Virus record (IMG/VR): IMGVR_UViG_3300042374_000295
Coordinates: 4,394 to 68,393 of that record
Direction: 5' to 3' (one strand)
Length of the DNA stretch: 64,000 bases
DNA from: a virus
Shown here one piece after another: positions 26,243 through 34,726 of this stretch; the stretch's first letter is position 1; the number at the start of each line of letters is the position of its first letter. The translations under genes and the position numbers were made by a program. The notes beneath the pieces were generated by a model. It was not told the origin of the DNA. It saw only the letters and a program-made list of their open reading frames with translations, and made no database searches.

Positions 26243-26665
26243 ATGGTACAACAATCAAAAACAGAGAGAGACTTAACTATCCTATTGAGATACATTAAGT
26301 CAACATTCGGAAAGCAGGAGTTTAAACGCAGTGACGTTCTAGACTTCATGGAGGAGAACAACATCCCCAACCCAATCTACGCCCACCTAGTTAAGCTTGG
26401 TCCATTCACAAAAACTGGGCCCTGCACTTACGCTGTAGCCGAGACCTTTAAGAAGGGTGAAATTGCACGAATTGTGCAGTGGGTGGCTGTAGCCATCTCA
26501 GACGAGGCAAGAAACAGAAGCGCAATGAAGAGAGCAGGAGATGATGGGTATGGAGAGCCTAGCGAGGACGATAAGTCTTTACTGGAGATTGCCCAGCAGA
26601 AGGACATCGCCAAGGCAATCATGTTGCTACAGGATAACGGGTTCACTATCTCAATCGTTATCTAA
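26243..26665 (+). CDS. Hypothetical protein (possible wHTH)
   Basis: 140-aa ORF. Confidence 0.55.
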   Translation: MVQQSKTERDLTILLRYIKSTFGKQEFKRSDVLDFMEENNIPNPIYAHLVKLGPFTKTGPCTYAVAETFKKGEIARIVQWVAVAISDEARNRSAMKRAGDDGYGEPSEDDKSLLEIAQQKDIAKAIMLLQDNGFTISIVI

Positions 26666-26671
26666 TCAAAA

Positions 26672-26731
26672 GCCACGCACGGGGTGGTCAACTTATTATG
26701 GGTGGGAGCTCGTGCCTCCCTACCCTTTTTT
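26672..26731 (+). promoter_or_regulatory. Two-hairpin attenuator-like element upstream of the replication initiator
   Basis: GCCAC-GCACGGG-GTGGT and GGGTGGGAG-CTCGTGC-CTCCCTACCC-T6; the two loops are complementary. Confidence 0.6.
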
Positions 26732-26736
26732 ATACC

Positions 26737-27267
26737 ATGAGCAAGTTTACAATTAACACAGAAACATATTCGATAATTGAGGAGATGTCCGACTCCGAGG
26801 TAGGTAAGCTATTCAAAGCAATCTACAGATACCAAATGCACGGACTTGATGTTCCTGCCCCAGAGGTCAAGATAGCGTTCAAGGTGTTCCTGATGGGGTT
26901 TGAGAAGGATAAGGAGCTGTCCATGGCCAGGTCTAAATCTGGGAGCATGGGAGGTAGGCCGGCAGAAAGCAAAGCAAAGCAAACTAAAGCAAAAAAAGCA
27001 AATCCTGATGAGGATCAATTAGTTAAGACAGAAAAAAACAAAATAAAATTCATCGAAACACTTGAACCATACGAAAAACAATACGGCGCAGATATGCTTA
27101 ATGCGTTCTTTAAGTACTGGACAGAGCCAAACCCATCCAAAACAAAGATGAGGTTTGAACTGGAGAAGACTTGGGACGTTGGCCTTAGATTAGGCAACTG
27201 GGCAAGCAGAGACAGAGGCATGGCACAGGCACCAAAGGTAGAAGAAATCAAATACAATAGATCATAA
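26737..27267 (+). CDS. Replication initiator (DUF6291-like N-terminus) with internal iterons
   Basis: MSDSEVGKLFKAIYRY, RSKSGSMGGRP, internal AAAGCAAA repeats, C-terminal F..YWTE......MRFE..KTW....RL..W. Confidence 0.7.
   Translation: MSKFTINTETYSIIEEMSDSEVGKLFKAIYRYQMHGLDVPAPEVKIAFKVFLMGFEKDKELSMARSKSGSMGGRPAESKAKQTKAKKANPDEDQLVKTEKNKIKFIETLEPYEKQYGADMLNAFFKYWTEPNPSKTKMRFELEKTWDVGLRLGNWASRDRGMAQAPKVEEIKYNRS
26966..27004 (+). repeat. Iteron-like AAAGCAAA array (probable replication origin)
   Basis: Tandem AAAGCAAA units inside the initiator gene, as with the origin inside lambda O. Confidence 0.6.
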
Positions 27268-27285
27268 CAATAAACAACTAATAAA

Positions 27286-27537
27286 ATGGCATCATTCAAC
27301 AAATTTACAACGGTTATCAAGACCGAAGAGAACAAGCACCTCATCTTCCCATTCCTTAAGAGTCTGGGTGGTAAGGACAGACACAACTTGGAGTCACTTA
27401 TGAACATCTCCACCCTATCAAACGTATCCAAGTACTACATTGGAGGTGTCCACGGTGACACCATTATTGCAATGTACCACGACTTTGGAGAGGACATGGA
27501 GCACATAGTAGAAATCCCTAAAGACTTTAAGGTATGA
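27286..27537 (+). CDS. Hypothetical protein
   Basis: ORF. Confidence 0.55.
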   Translation: MASFNKFTTVIKTEENKHLIFPFLKSLGGKDRHNLESLMNISTLSNVSKYYIGGVHGDTIIAMYHDFGEDMEHIVEIPKDFKV

Positions 27538-27743
27538 AAGTAACAGTAGAAAAATACAAGGGAGACACAGACTCAACACTAATGGTGTTTGATTTATCTG
27601 GTAACAATAAACGCTATGAATCAAGCGTAAAGGAAGGCTACACATACTATGTATTCAGAACACAAGAGAAGGCATGGGTTCAACATTCCAAGCAGTTAAC
27701 TAACGAAGAGAAGCAATGGGTAATTAAACACGAAAGCAAATGA
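27534..27743 (+). CDS. Hypothetical protein
   Basis: Coupled ORF. Confidence 0.55.
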   Translation: MKVTVEKYKGDTDSTLMVFDLSGNNKRYESSVKEGYTYYVFRTQEKAWVQHSKQLTNEEKQWVIKHESK

Positions 27744-28132
27744 TATCATACATTACAGCAAGCTACATACTCCTTATGAGTTACAGCCCTTGCGATATAT
27801 TCACATACTACAACGTGACAGAGATGCACGGACTAAGCCTTGCAGAATGCCAAGCGTACAACAATACCTTGGAGGATGCATACATCGCAGGCTTAAGCAA
27901 TTTTGTCCCAAAGGAATCTAAGAATTATAACGATAGCGATAAGAGGTTTGTGTACATCAACCTATCTAGGTGCAACAATGATGTTCAGACTATGGCTCTG
28001 GTGATGCACGAGATGATGCACCACTCATTTTGGCTACACAACTACGATATGACCAAGGAGGAAGAGATAATCACTTGGGCAGAAGAACAGAGTTACGATG
28101 TAATGGAAATAATTAATCATGAAAAACAGTAA
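27740..28132 (+). CDS. Putative zincin metallopeptidase
   Basis: LVMHEMMH (HExxH) with downstream EE. Confidence 0.6.
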   Translation: MISYITASYILLMSYSPCDIFTYYNVTEMHGLSLAECQAYNNTLEDAYIAGLSNFVPKESKNYNDSDKRFVYINLSRCNNDVQTMALVMHEMMHHSFWLHNYDMTKEEEIITWAEEQSYDVMEIINHEKQ

Positions 28133-28394
28133 ACAACGCCTACCAATGACAAGAGTGCTGGACAGCATAGAGTACGTCCTGAGCAACATGAGACAGTCAG
28201 CAACACCGGAGCAGATAGCCCTCGTGCAGTCCCTAAAGGATAACGCACAGTACCTGCTCAAGACAGAGGTGTCGCACATTGTAAAAGCGGCTGATCACTA
28301 CCTTGAAAGGATCGAGAAGGACAAAGAGACCGGCGAGCAGTGGAGGGTAAGGCTGACCGGCAGGGAGTACCTAAAAGTAACATACGAATTATGA
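28119..28394 (+). CDS. Hypothetical protein
   Basis: Coupled ORF. Confidence 0.55.
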   Translation: MKNSKQRLPMTRVLDSIEYVLSNMRQSATPEQIALVQSLKDNAQYLLKTEVSHIVKAADHYLERIEKDKETGEQWRVRLTGREYLKVTYEL

Positions 28395-29698
28395 TAGAAC
28401 AAAAACTACCACCACAGGCAGTCGATCTTGAGACGGCAATCTTAGGGGCGCTCATGGTTGAGAAGGACGCAATGGACAAGGTGACCTTGCTCAACGCAAA
28501 TCACTTCTACAAGGACGAGCACACCTTGATATTTAAAGCAATGGCAGACCTGCACCACAGCTCTAAGCCAATTGACATCCTAACCGTACAGGAGCAACTA
28601 ACAAAGAATGGTCACTTAGACAGGGTAGGGGGAGTGTACGCGCTAGCTACCTTAACCTCAAGGGTTAGCTCAGCGGCTAACATAGAGTACCACTCTACAA
28701 TTGTTATACAGAAGTACAACCTAAGAGAGATTATCAGAGTGTCTGGTATGGCAATGGAGCAGGCGTTTAGCGATGGTGGGGATCCTGTAGAGATACAAGG
28801 TTCTATGTTCAGTGAGCTGGAGAAAACTCAACTCAGTGCCTCTGGTGAGCCCGTAGCCTTATCAAAGATAGCTTCTGACACATTGCAGGAGCTAAGGGAC
28901 ATACAAGAGTCCGACAAGTCAATAACCGGCATAGACACTGGATACCAAAAGATAAACAACTTAACCAACGGTTGGCACGCACCAAACCTAATCATTCTAG
29001 CTGGTAGACCTGGAACGGGCAAGACAGCATCAGCGCTTAACTTTGTGTACAACATTGTAAGGCAGGGCATACCTGCGGCCTTCTTCTCACTGGAGATGTC
29101 CTCTAGGGAGTTGATGAATAGACTTATATCCATATCGGCAGGAGTAAACTCAAAGGCAATTAGGAATGCAGACTTATCTCAAGACAACTGGGGCAGTATT
29201 CACAAGCAAAACTATAACCTTCCACTCTACATAGACGACACCTCAAGCCTATCAATCATGGCCTTTAGGGCTAAGGCGAAACGATTGGTAAGGGTTCACA
29301 AGGTTAAGTTTATTGTGGTTGACTACGTTCAGCTGATGACCTCCAACGTGAAAGGCAACAGGGAGCAAGAGATTGCAAACATTGCCCGTAACCTTAAGAC
29401 TACTGCAAAGGAGTTAAACGTGCCAATCATGGCACTCGCCCAACTGAGCAGGGACGTAGAGAAGAGGGGAGAGAATGCACAGCCAAGGCTGTCTGATCTA
29501 AGAGAGTCAGGGGCTCTTGAGCAGGACGCAGACTCGGTTATATTATTGCAAGACATTACTACTCCCGATGAAAGAAAAGTCAGACCGTGGGAATCTAAAA
29601 TAGATTTTCTATGGGCTAAGCACAGGAACGGAGAAATAGGCATATGCGCCTTTACCTTCCACAAACAAACACAAGTATTTATACCATCCACCATATGA
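28391..29698 (+). CDS. dnaB: Replicative DNA helicase
   Basis: PPQAVDLE.AILGA, GRPGTGKT, FSLEMS, VDYVQLM, LAQLSR and SDLRESGALEQDAD motifs; start MIEQK at 28391. Confidence 0.95.
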   Translation: MIEQKLPPQAVDLETAILGALMVEKDAMDKVTLLNANHFYKDEHTLIFKAMADLHHSSKPIDILTVQEQLTKNGHLDRVGGVYALATLTSRVSSAANIEYHSTIVIQKYNLREIIRVSGMAMEQAFSDGGDPVEIQGSMFSELEKTQLSASGEPVALSKIASDTLQELRDIQESDKSITGIDTGYQKINNLTNGWHAPNLIILAGRPGTGKTASALNFVYNIVRQGIPAAFFSLEMSSRELMNRLISISAGVNSKAIRNADLSQDNWGSIHKQNYNLPLYIDDTSSLSIMAFRAKAKRLVRVHKVKFIVVDYVQLMTSNVKGNREQEIANIARNLKTTAKELNVPIMALAQLSRDVEKRGENAQPRLSDLRESGALEQDADSVILLQDITTPDERKVRPWESKIDFLWAKHRNGEIGICAFTFHKQTQVFIPSTI

Positions 29699-30054
29699 AA
29701 AATTTAGAACAAATTAAAGAAAAAATTGAAAAGCTCCTACAGGAGGGGCAAGTAAAAGATTTAAGCGACAGGGACAAGAAAGCCATCGCAGTCAAGCTAG
29801 AGTTTAACAGAATCATAGCACACTACTTAGAAACCGATCCATCAGAAGCCTTTGTTAATTCAGAGATTGAAAGATTGGAGAACCTTATTGACCTAGCCGA
29901 GGAGGCCTGGAAGGATGAGTACATGAAGTACGCCTACACATACGACAGGATGGTTGTCAGCACAGTTAACAAACGCAAGAGGGAGTTCCTTAAGGAGCTA
30001 AGCCTTGTAGACGTAAAGAAGCAACTTAGAAACTTAGTGTACATAATATCATGA
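29695..30054 (+). CDS. Hypothetical protein
   Basis: Likely start MKNLEQ overlapping the dnaB stop. Confidence 0.55.
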   Translation: MKNLEQIKEKIEKLLQEGQVKDLSDRDKKAIAVKLEFNRIIAHYLETDPSEAFVNSEIERLENLIDLAEEAWKDEYMKYAYTYDRMVVSTVNKRKREFLKELSLVDVKKQLRNLVYIIS

Positions 30055-30275
30055 ACGAGGACATATACGCAATGGTTTGCAGGCTACACTTTAAGTCAGA
30101 CTCAACCGTAGATGAGATTGTCCAGATCATAGGGGGCACACTCCTTAAGTACAGGCACAGGGACGAGGATAACAAGATAACCAAGTTTAATAGTATGTCC
30201 AGAGCCGTTGAGGTTATTATAGATAACGAGATACAGGCACATAAACAGGCCAAAAAATTTGTGTCAAAGAAATAA
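30051..30275 (+). CDS. Hypothetical protein
   Basis: Coupled ORF. Confidence 0.55.
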   Translation: MNEDIYAMVCRLHFKSDSTVDEIVQIIGGTLLKYRHRDEDNKITKFNSMSRAVEVIIDNEIQAHKQAKKFVSKK

Positions 30276-30306
30276 TTTGCATAGTAATTAATTTTATTTA
30301 TATTTG
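30276..30306 (+). promoter_or_regulatory. Promoter TTTG(CATAGTAA)-N19-TATATTTG
   Basis: Perfect Bacteroidota consensus. Confidence 0.75.
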
Positions 30307-30313
30307 TAATCGC

Positions 30314-30532
30314 ATGAGCAAGGCAACTAAATCACCAATAGACACACACATCGACTCGATTGTCAATAAATTAAAGGTTAAACACAAGCACGCGTCTAGG
30401 AATAGATACGCTGATGTGGTAGACTTTTTCTATGGCCCACACTTAGAGGAGGTAGTTGAGATATCCTTCACAGAATTAGAAGAGTCACTAGAGGCAGGAA
30501 CCTTACCTAAAAAAATCAATAAATTAATATGA
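30314..30532 (+). CDS. Hypothetical protein
   Basis: ORF after a promoter. Confidence 0.55.
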   Translation: MSKATKSPIDTHIDSIVNKLKVKHKHASRNRYADVVDFFYGPHLEEVVEISFTELEESLEAGTLPKKINKLI

Positions 30533-30768
30533 ATCAGAGACCACCGTCAGACGACTTACAACCAGGAGAACATGACAACGACACGCACCACACAATTAAA
30601 CTACCCTCTCACTTTAACTTTACCGTATGGTACTTGGACGAGAACGGTAACGACAAGTCAGTTCCCTGCGTGGCAGAGAACCAGTACCAAGCAAGATGGG
30701 GTATTATCAACTCCGACATCAAGATGCAGTACATCATAAGGGTTGAAAAAGGTATCCCCGTAAGATAA
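30529..30768 (+). CDS. Hypothetical protein
   Basis: Coupled ORF. Confidence 0.5.
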   Translation: MNQRPPSDDLQPGEHDNDTHHTIKLPSHFNFTVWYLDENGNDKSVPCVAENQYQARWGIINSDIKMQYIIRVEKGIPVR

Positions 30769-31016
30769 TGGAGTTACAGAAGGTTGTATCCTACAGGCCG
30801 GCAGAGTATGACGAGGTTGGCGGCGAGACAGTTCCAGAGAGCTGGGATGACTTGTGGTTGGTTACATGGGGAGTTTACCCTGTGTCCAAGCAGGACTCAG
30901 ACGGCGCTTGGAGGTATCACGAGCAGACCGTAGCCGTGTGTAAGGATGCAACAGGTAAGATACATATAGTAGATCCAGAGTTCCTATCCTTGGTAGGATC
31001 GCTCAACGATCAATAA
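30768..31016 (+). CDS. Hypothetical protein
   Basis: Coupled ORF. Confidence 0.55.
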   Translation: MELQKVVSYRPAEYDEVGGETVPESWDDLWLVTWGVYPVSKQDSDGAWRYHEQTVAVCKDATGKIHIVDPEFLSLVGSLNDQ

Positions 31017-31051
31017 AGACCTTTCGTGTCATGGTATATTAGTTAAAAAGT

Positions 31052-31083
31052 AAAAGCCCCTTTCTTGCGATTGGGGCTTTTTT
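31052..31083. terminator. Bidirectional intrinsic terminator
   Basis: AAAAGCCCC-N12-GGGGCTTTTTT between convergent genes. Confidence 0.8.
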
Positions 31084-31102
31084 AATTTAAGGTAGTTTAA
31101 GA

Positions 31103-31330
31103 CTAGGTGTTAGCGCTAGTTACCAAGGTAGCTAAAGCTGTTGCTGTTTGATAGTCAGTGGTAGAACCAGATGCTTTTGTGTCGAAAACGTAAACTGTAG
31201 ATACAGCTGTTGGAACGTCTTTGCTCTCAGCGGTGATACTCTTGATTTGACCTACACCTACTGCGATAGTAAATGATGGTTTAGCGATACCGTTCTTTCC
31301 GATTACGGTTAGTGTTAATAAATTTGCCAT
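31103..31330 (-). CDS. Small T/A/S-rich probable virion protein
   Basis: 75 aa with its own late-class promoter and terminator. Confidence 0.55.
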   Translation of the reverse strand: MANLLTLTVIGKNGIAKPSFTIAVGVGQIKSITAESKDVPTAVSTVYVFDTKASGSTTDYQTATALATLVTSANT

Positions 31331-31337
31331 GATGATA

Positions 31338-31368
31338 CAAATTTATGCATTACATGGGTTGGTTGTTA
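31338..31368 (-). promoter_or_regulatory. Late-class promoter TAACAAC-N16-TAAATTTG
   Basis: Recurrent motif with fixed spacing. Confidence 0.7.
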
Positions 31369-31423
31369 TAATTTTCTTTAAATAATATATTGCTATGTAA
31401 TTAATTATTACTACATTTGTGGT

Positions 31424-31768
31424 ATGTCAAACCTAGTACAATTGAACCTTAACAACTATGTGGCGATCGATATTAATAATCCCTCAACCGAGGAGGATAT
31501 AAAGAATATTTCAAGGATGAGAAGTATACCAGAGCAGGAGGTGGGAGTACTCCTGTCTTACAATGTTATAACATTCCCACAGCTGGCCATCCTTACAGGA
31601 GTCTCTGAGAGTCAGCTAAGAAACGCTAGTGTACCATCCGTTAAACGTAATGGTGTGGCGTCCTGCTGGTTGACCTTGTGCAACCCCTTCCCAGACGAGA
31701 GGAAGGGCAAGCTGTTCATCCTTGTCAACGACAAGTGCATGGAGTACATTAGAAAGACTCTTAAGTAA
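31424..31768 (+). CDS. HTH DNA-binding protein
   Basis: ITFPQLAILTGVSESQLRNA helix-turn-helix pattern; TACATTTG 4 nt before the ATG. Confidence 0.55.
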   Translation: MSNLVQLNLNNYVAIDINNPSTEEDIKNISRMRSIPEQEVGVLLSYNVITFPQLAILTGVSESQLRNASVPSVKRNGVASCWLTLCNPFPDERKGKLFILVNDKCMEYIRKTLK

Positions 31769-32134
31769 TCACCTGGTTAGACTCCACCCTTTTTCTTTAG
31801 ACTCCTCAGGGTTGTTCTCTATGTAGACGTGGCACTGGTGGCACACGGCAAGGAAGTACTTTGAATCGGTTAGGAGGTCGCCTATTCTGCCCCTCTTGTG
31901 GTGGATCTGCTGAGCGTCTCCTGTACAACCATCTACCTTAGCCTGGCACATAGGGTGCTTGTCTAGGTAGTTTAACCTCTCAACCTTGTAAACCTTTAGG
32001 GCCTCAAGCATCTTCTCGCTGAATGGGCTTATGCTCTTGACCTTCTTGTCAGTCCTTAGGTATTGATGTTTTTTGCAGTAACCCTTAGCCCACACAGGGT
32101 AGGTGCACTCTTCGTGTTTACACTCCTTAGCCAT
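31769..32134 (-). CDS. HNH-family nuclease with N-terminal Zn-binding motif
   Basis: C....C...AKGYC.KH; HP.CQ....C......IHH.RGR...LAVCH.CH. Confidence 0.75.
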   Translation of the reverse strand: MAKECKHEECTYPVWAKGYCKKHQYLRTDKKVKSISPFSEKMLEALKVYKVERLNYLDKHPMCQAKVDGCTGDAQQIHHKRGRIGDLLTDSKYFLAVCHQCHVYIENNPEESKEKGWSLTR

Positions 32135-32145
32135 GTTTCAAATAT

Positions 32146-32178
32146 AAAAGAAAACCCCCATATTTCTATGAGGGATTC
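32146..32178 (-). terminator. Intrinsic terminator
   Basis: CCCTCATA-GAAA-TATGGGGG-TTTTCTTTT. Confidence 0.7.
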
Positions 32179-32213
32179 CTAGCCATGATACAATTGAAAA
32201 AAACAGGAGACTT

Positions 32214-32244
32214 CAAAGGTAACTTTTTTAGCCCTTTGTTGTTA
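32214..32244 (-). promoter_or_regulatory. Late-class promoter TAACAAC-N16-TACCTTTG
   Basis: Recurrent motif with fixed spacing. Confidence 0.65.
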
Positions 32245-32676
32245 AAAATCCTTATTTATACCAATAGAAAATGCTTGGCAAGACATTCCAAAGGCAGTTT
32301 GAACTGAATATGAAAACACTGGAGTGTAACCTTTTATAGATTTGAAATTGTAATTAATGTCGTACTCCATTGTGATGTCCTTCTTGTAGAAGAACCATCC
32401 ACCAGCAACTGATATTGAAAATGGTCCATAGACAGGAGCGGTTACCATCAACTCTGAATACAAATCCTTTTTGTCTAATGAAAAGTATCCAGTATTGACC
32501 CCTACGGCAATGTCCCCAAAGTATTTACCTATCTCAAGTGTAGCACCAAGTAAGTTCTTTGGATCACTGACTTTTGTGTCAAACGCAACATTAGGCGCAA
32601 ACATTACATAGTATGATGGTTGTGCGATAGCAGAGGTGCTAAGGCATATTAATAGTATTGTGATTAGCCTTTTCAT
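32242..32676 (-). CDS. Small outer-membrane beta-barrel-like protein
   Basis: Signal peptide, alternating amphipathic strands, C-terminal Phe (SIGINKDF). Confidence 0.55.
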   Translation of the reverse strand: MKRLITILLICLSTSAIAQPSYYVMFAPNVAFDTKVSDPKNLLGATLEIGKYFGDIAVGVNTGYFSLDKKDLYSELMVTAPVYGPFSISVAGGWFFYKKDITMEYDINYNFKSIKGYTPVFSYSVQTAFGMSCQAFSIGINKDF

Positions 32677-33359
32677 TTAGCTTTAGCTTTAGGTTTGATG
32701 GGTTTTTTTGTGGTAGTTTTCCTTTTGCCTTTCGCAGGCTTTACGGGTTTGTCTTTTTTCAAAACAGAGTAAATGATTGACCCTAGCATTATCATTGCCA
32801 AAGACAAGGCTCCAATCATAAAGTTAGAAAACTGCTTAAGCAAGTTTAACATGACATTAGTTTGCTCTGTCCCAACTTCAGTTTGCAAGTCAGTAAGATA
32901 GTTTATGTCATTTAAAATTGGTTCTATCTTGTCGAACAACTCTCCTTTTTGGACAATGACATCAACATATTTAGGGTCTGTTTCAGATTTTTCAATAAGC
33001 ATATCGACAAATAGGTCAACTTCTTTCATGTTGGCATCAGTTCGTTCAACTATTGCTTTCTCATTTTCGCCTGCAATAAGTTTATACTTCTCCCACATTA
33101 TGCTAGTCTCACTTCTAACCTTTAGCATTTCATCTTTACTAGACTTTAGGTTTTCAAAGTTTACTTTCTGGCTTGTGAAATTTTCCTTGATAGTTGTCCC
33201 AAAATAGTCAAATCTATGCGACAATAGTGGAGCAGGGTTTAATCTCTTCTCAACAATGTTTGTTGCTGATTTAGTGATGCTAAGTTCAACATATTTGCCA
33301 AAGGAAGCTATACCAATTATAATTACCGTTAAGATAATCATTAATGCATTGTTTTTCAT
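32673..33359 (-). CDS. Two-TM protein with MCP-type four-helix-bundle sensor-like periplasmic domain and basic tail
   Basis: TM, then IVEKRLNP...WEKYK....E...LF..IEPI...I..L.DLQ, then TM; no cytoplasmic signalling domain. Confidence 0.55.
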   Translation of the reverse strand: MKNNALMIILTVIIIGIASFGKYVELSITKSATNIVEKRLNPAPLLSHRFDYFGTTIKENFTSQKVNFENLKSSKDEMLKVRSETSIMWEKYKLIAGENEKAIVERTDANMKEVDLFVDMLIEKSETDPKYVDVIVQKGELFDKIEPILNDINYLTDLQTEVGTEQTNVMLNLLKQFSNFMIGALSLAMIMLGSIIYSVLKKDKPVKPAKGKRKTTTKKPIKPKAKAK

Positions 33360-33772
33360 TTTGCTTTAGGTTTAGGTTTAGGTTTAGGTTTAGATTTAGA
33401 TTTTGGTTTAGGTTTAGATTTTGGTTTAGGCTTTGCAGAACCGCCTCTTATGCTAGATATAAACTCGGATGGATTTTCTGAAAACTTTGTACTTAGCTTA
33501 ATTATTCCAGACAATATTTCAGGTGAGTTTAACCCTACAAGGCCATATGTAATCGCTTTGTACATTGCATCTACGTCAAATTGCTCCATGATAAACCACG
33601 CTATCATAGAGGCTACCATAGACGCAAATACATTGCTTAAAATTTGAGGCAATGTTTTGTCGTCTGGATTTTTACTTGTTGCCAATCTAGCCACCATCCC
33701 GGCAGCCCCAATAAACAATACTATCCACCCACCATTTATAAATAAAGGAATAAACTTAGCTAAATCATCCAT
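33356..33772 (-). CDS. Holin-like membrane protein with (PK)n tail
   Basis: Three hydrophobic segments; C-terminal KPKPKSKPKPKSKSKPKPKPKPKAK. Confidence 0.5.
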   Translation of the reverse strand: MDDLAKFIPLFINGGWIVLFIGAAGMVARLATSKNPDDKTLPQILSNVFASMVASMIAWFIMEQFDVDAMYKAITYGLVGLNSPEILSGIIKLSTKFSENPSEFISSIRGGSAKPKPKSKPKPKSKSKPKPKPKPKAK

Positions 33773-33784
33773 ATAACATATCCG

Positions 33785-34246
33785 CTACTTAAATGGTATG
33801 TAAGATGTCTTGCCGCCTGATTTAATAGCCTTTAAAATTTGCTTTCTTTGTTTGCCTGTTGACTCGTATGATACATGAACCCAGTCTGGATTCTTGTCAG
33901 TTCCAAACTCCCATATCATTTGATCAAACACCAAATTATCTTTAATATAATTAAATATTTGAGCATTGGTTATAGATGTCCCGTCCATGTCGATGTCTAT
34001 CGCTTCACCAGAACAATGCTGGCTTGTCAAACTTCCTCCAATAGCTGTGTTAAGAGCTTTACTTCTGTATCCAGAGCTGATGTGAATAGGTACACCAAAG
34101 TGCTCTCTAATAGGCTCAAATACTTTTTCGGCTAATAGCTTAAAGTTTTCTAAGTGCTCTGGTGTAGGCATATTGCTAATACCTTTGCGTTTAGCAGTTT
34201 CACTTCTTGTTACTTCTGCCAATAATAAATGTTTTGATATTTGCAT
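33785..34246 (-). CDS. Peptidase M15A (second cell-wall hydrolase)
   Basis: ISSGYRS..LN.AIGG..TSQH..GEAIDID and WVHVSY motifs. Confidence 0.85.
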   Translation of the reverse strand: MQISKHLLLAEVTRSETAKRKGISNMPTPEHLENFKLLAEKVFEPIREHFGVPIHISSGYRSKALNTAIGGSLTSQHCSGEAIDIDMDGTSITNAQIFNYIKDNLVFDQMIWEFGTDKNPDWVHVSYESTGKQRKQILKAIKSGGKTSYIPFK

Positions 34247-34247
34247 A

Positions 34248-34511
34248 TTAATTTTCTTCAGATTTTGAATTTTCGTTTTTGTTTTTAAGATTTATCCATT
34301 TGTCAACTGACGCTATGCCAAATGAGCCCAAAATAATGACCATAAAGCCATCAAAAATAAACTCATTAATTATTAAGGCATTACCCATGTATCCTGTAAC
34401 CAGATCTACAATGAGGGCAATTGCCAGCATGAAAAAGGCTATAAATCCTACAACTGCTTTCTCGTTGATCGAGTTCTTGTCGTCAAATAGTGATTTGAAA
34501 AAATTTTTCAT
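34248..34511 (-). CDS. Two-TM membrane protein (holin-like)
   Basis: Two hydrophobic helices; adjacent to the M15A gene. Confidence 0.55.
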   Translation of the reverse strand: MKNFFKSLFDDKNSINEKAVVGFIAFFMLAIALIVDLVTGYMGNALIINEFIFDGFMVIILGSFGIASVDKWINLKNKNENSKSEEN

Positions 34512-34549
34512 AATTTATATTTTTTATATGTTTAGAGTGTGTATTTTGT

Positions 34550-34726
34550 TTAGCCATTCTTTGACTTTAAGTAGTAGTATCTTATTGCAAAGGCACCTGA
34601 TACAATTGCAATTAGTCCAGCGAGTAAACTCACGATAGGTTGCATAAGTGAAGAGTAGTGGGCAATAGTGCCGAGAAAACTTGTGGTAAGGAGTAGGTCA
34701 GCTATATTGTCGTTCATGTGTTTCAT
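34550..34726 (-). CDS. Small membrane protein (holin-like)
   Basis: Likely start MKHMND; hydrophobic segment then RYYYLKSK. Confidence 0.45.
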   Translation of the reverse strand: MKHMNDNIADLLLTTSFLGTIAHYSSLMQPIVSLLAGLIAIVSGAFAIRYYYLKSKNG

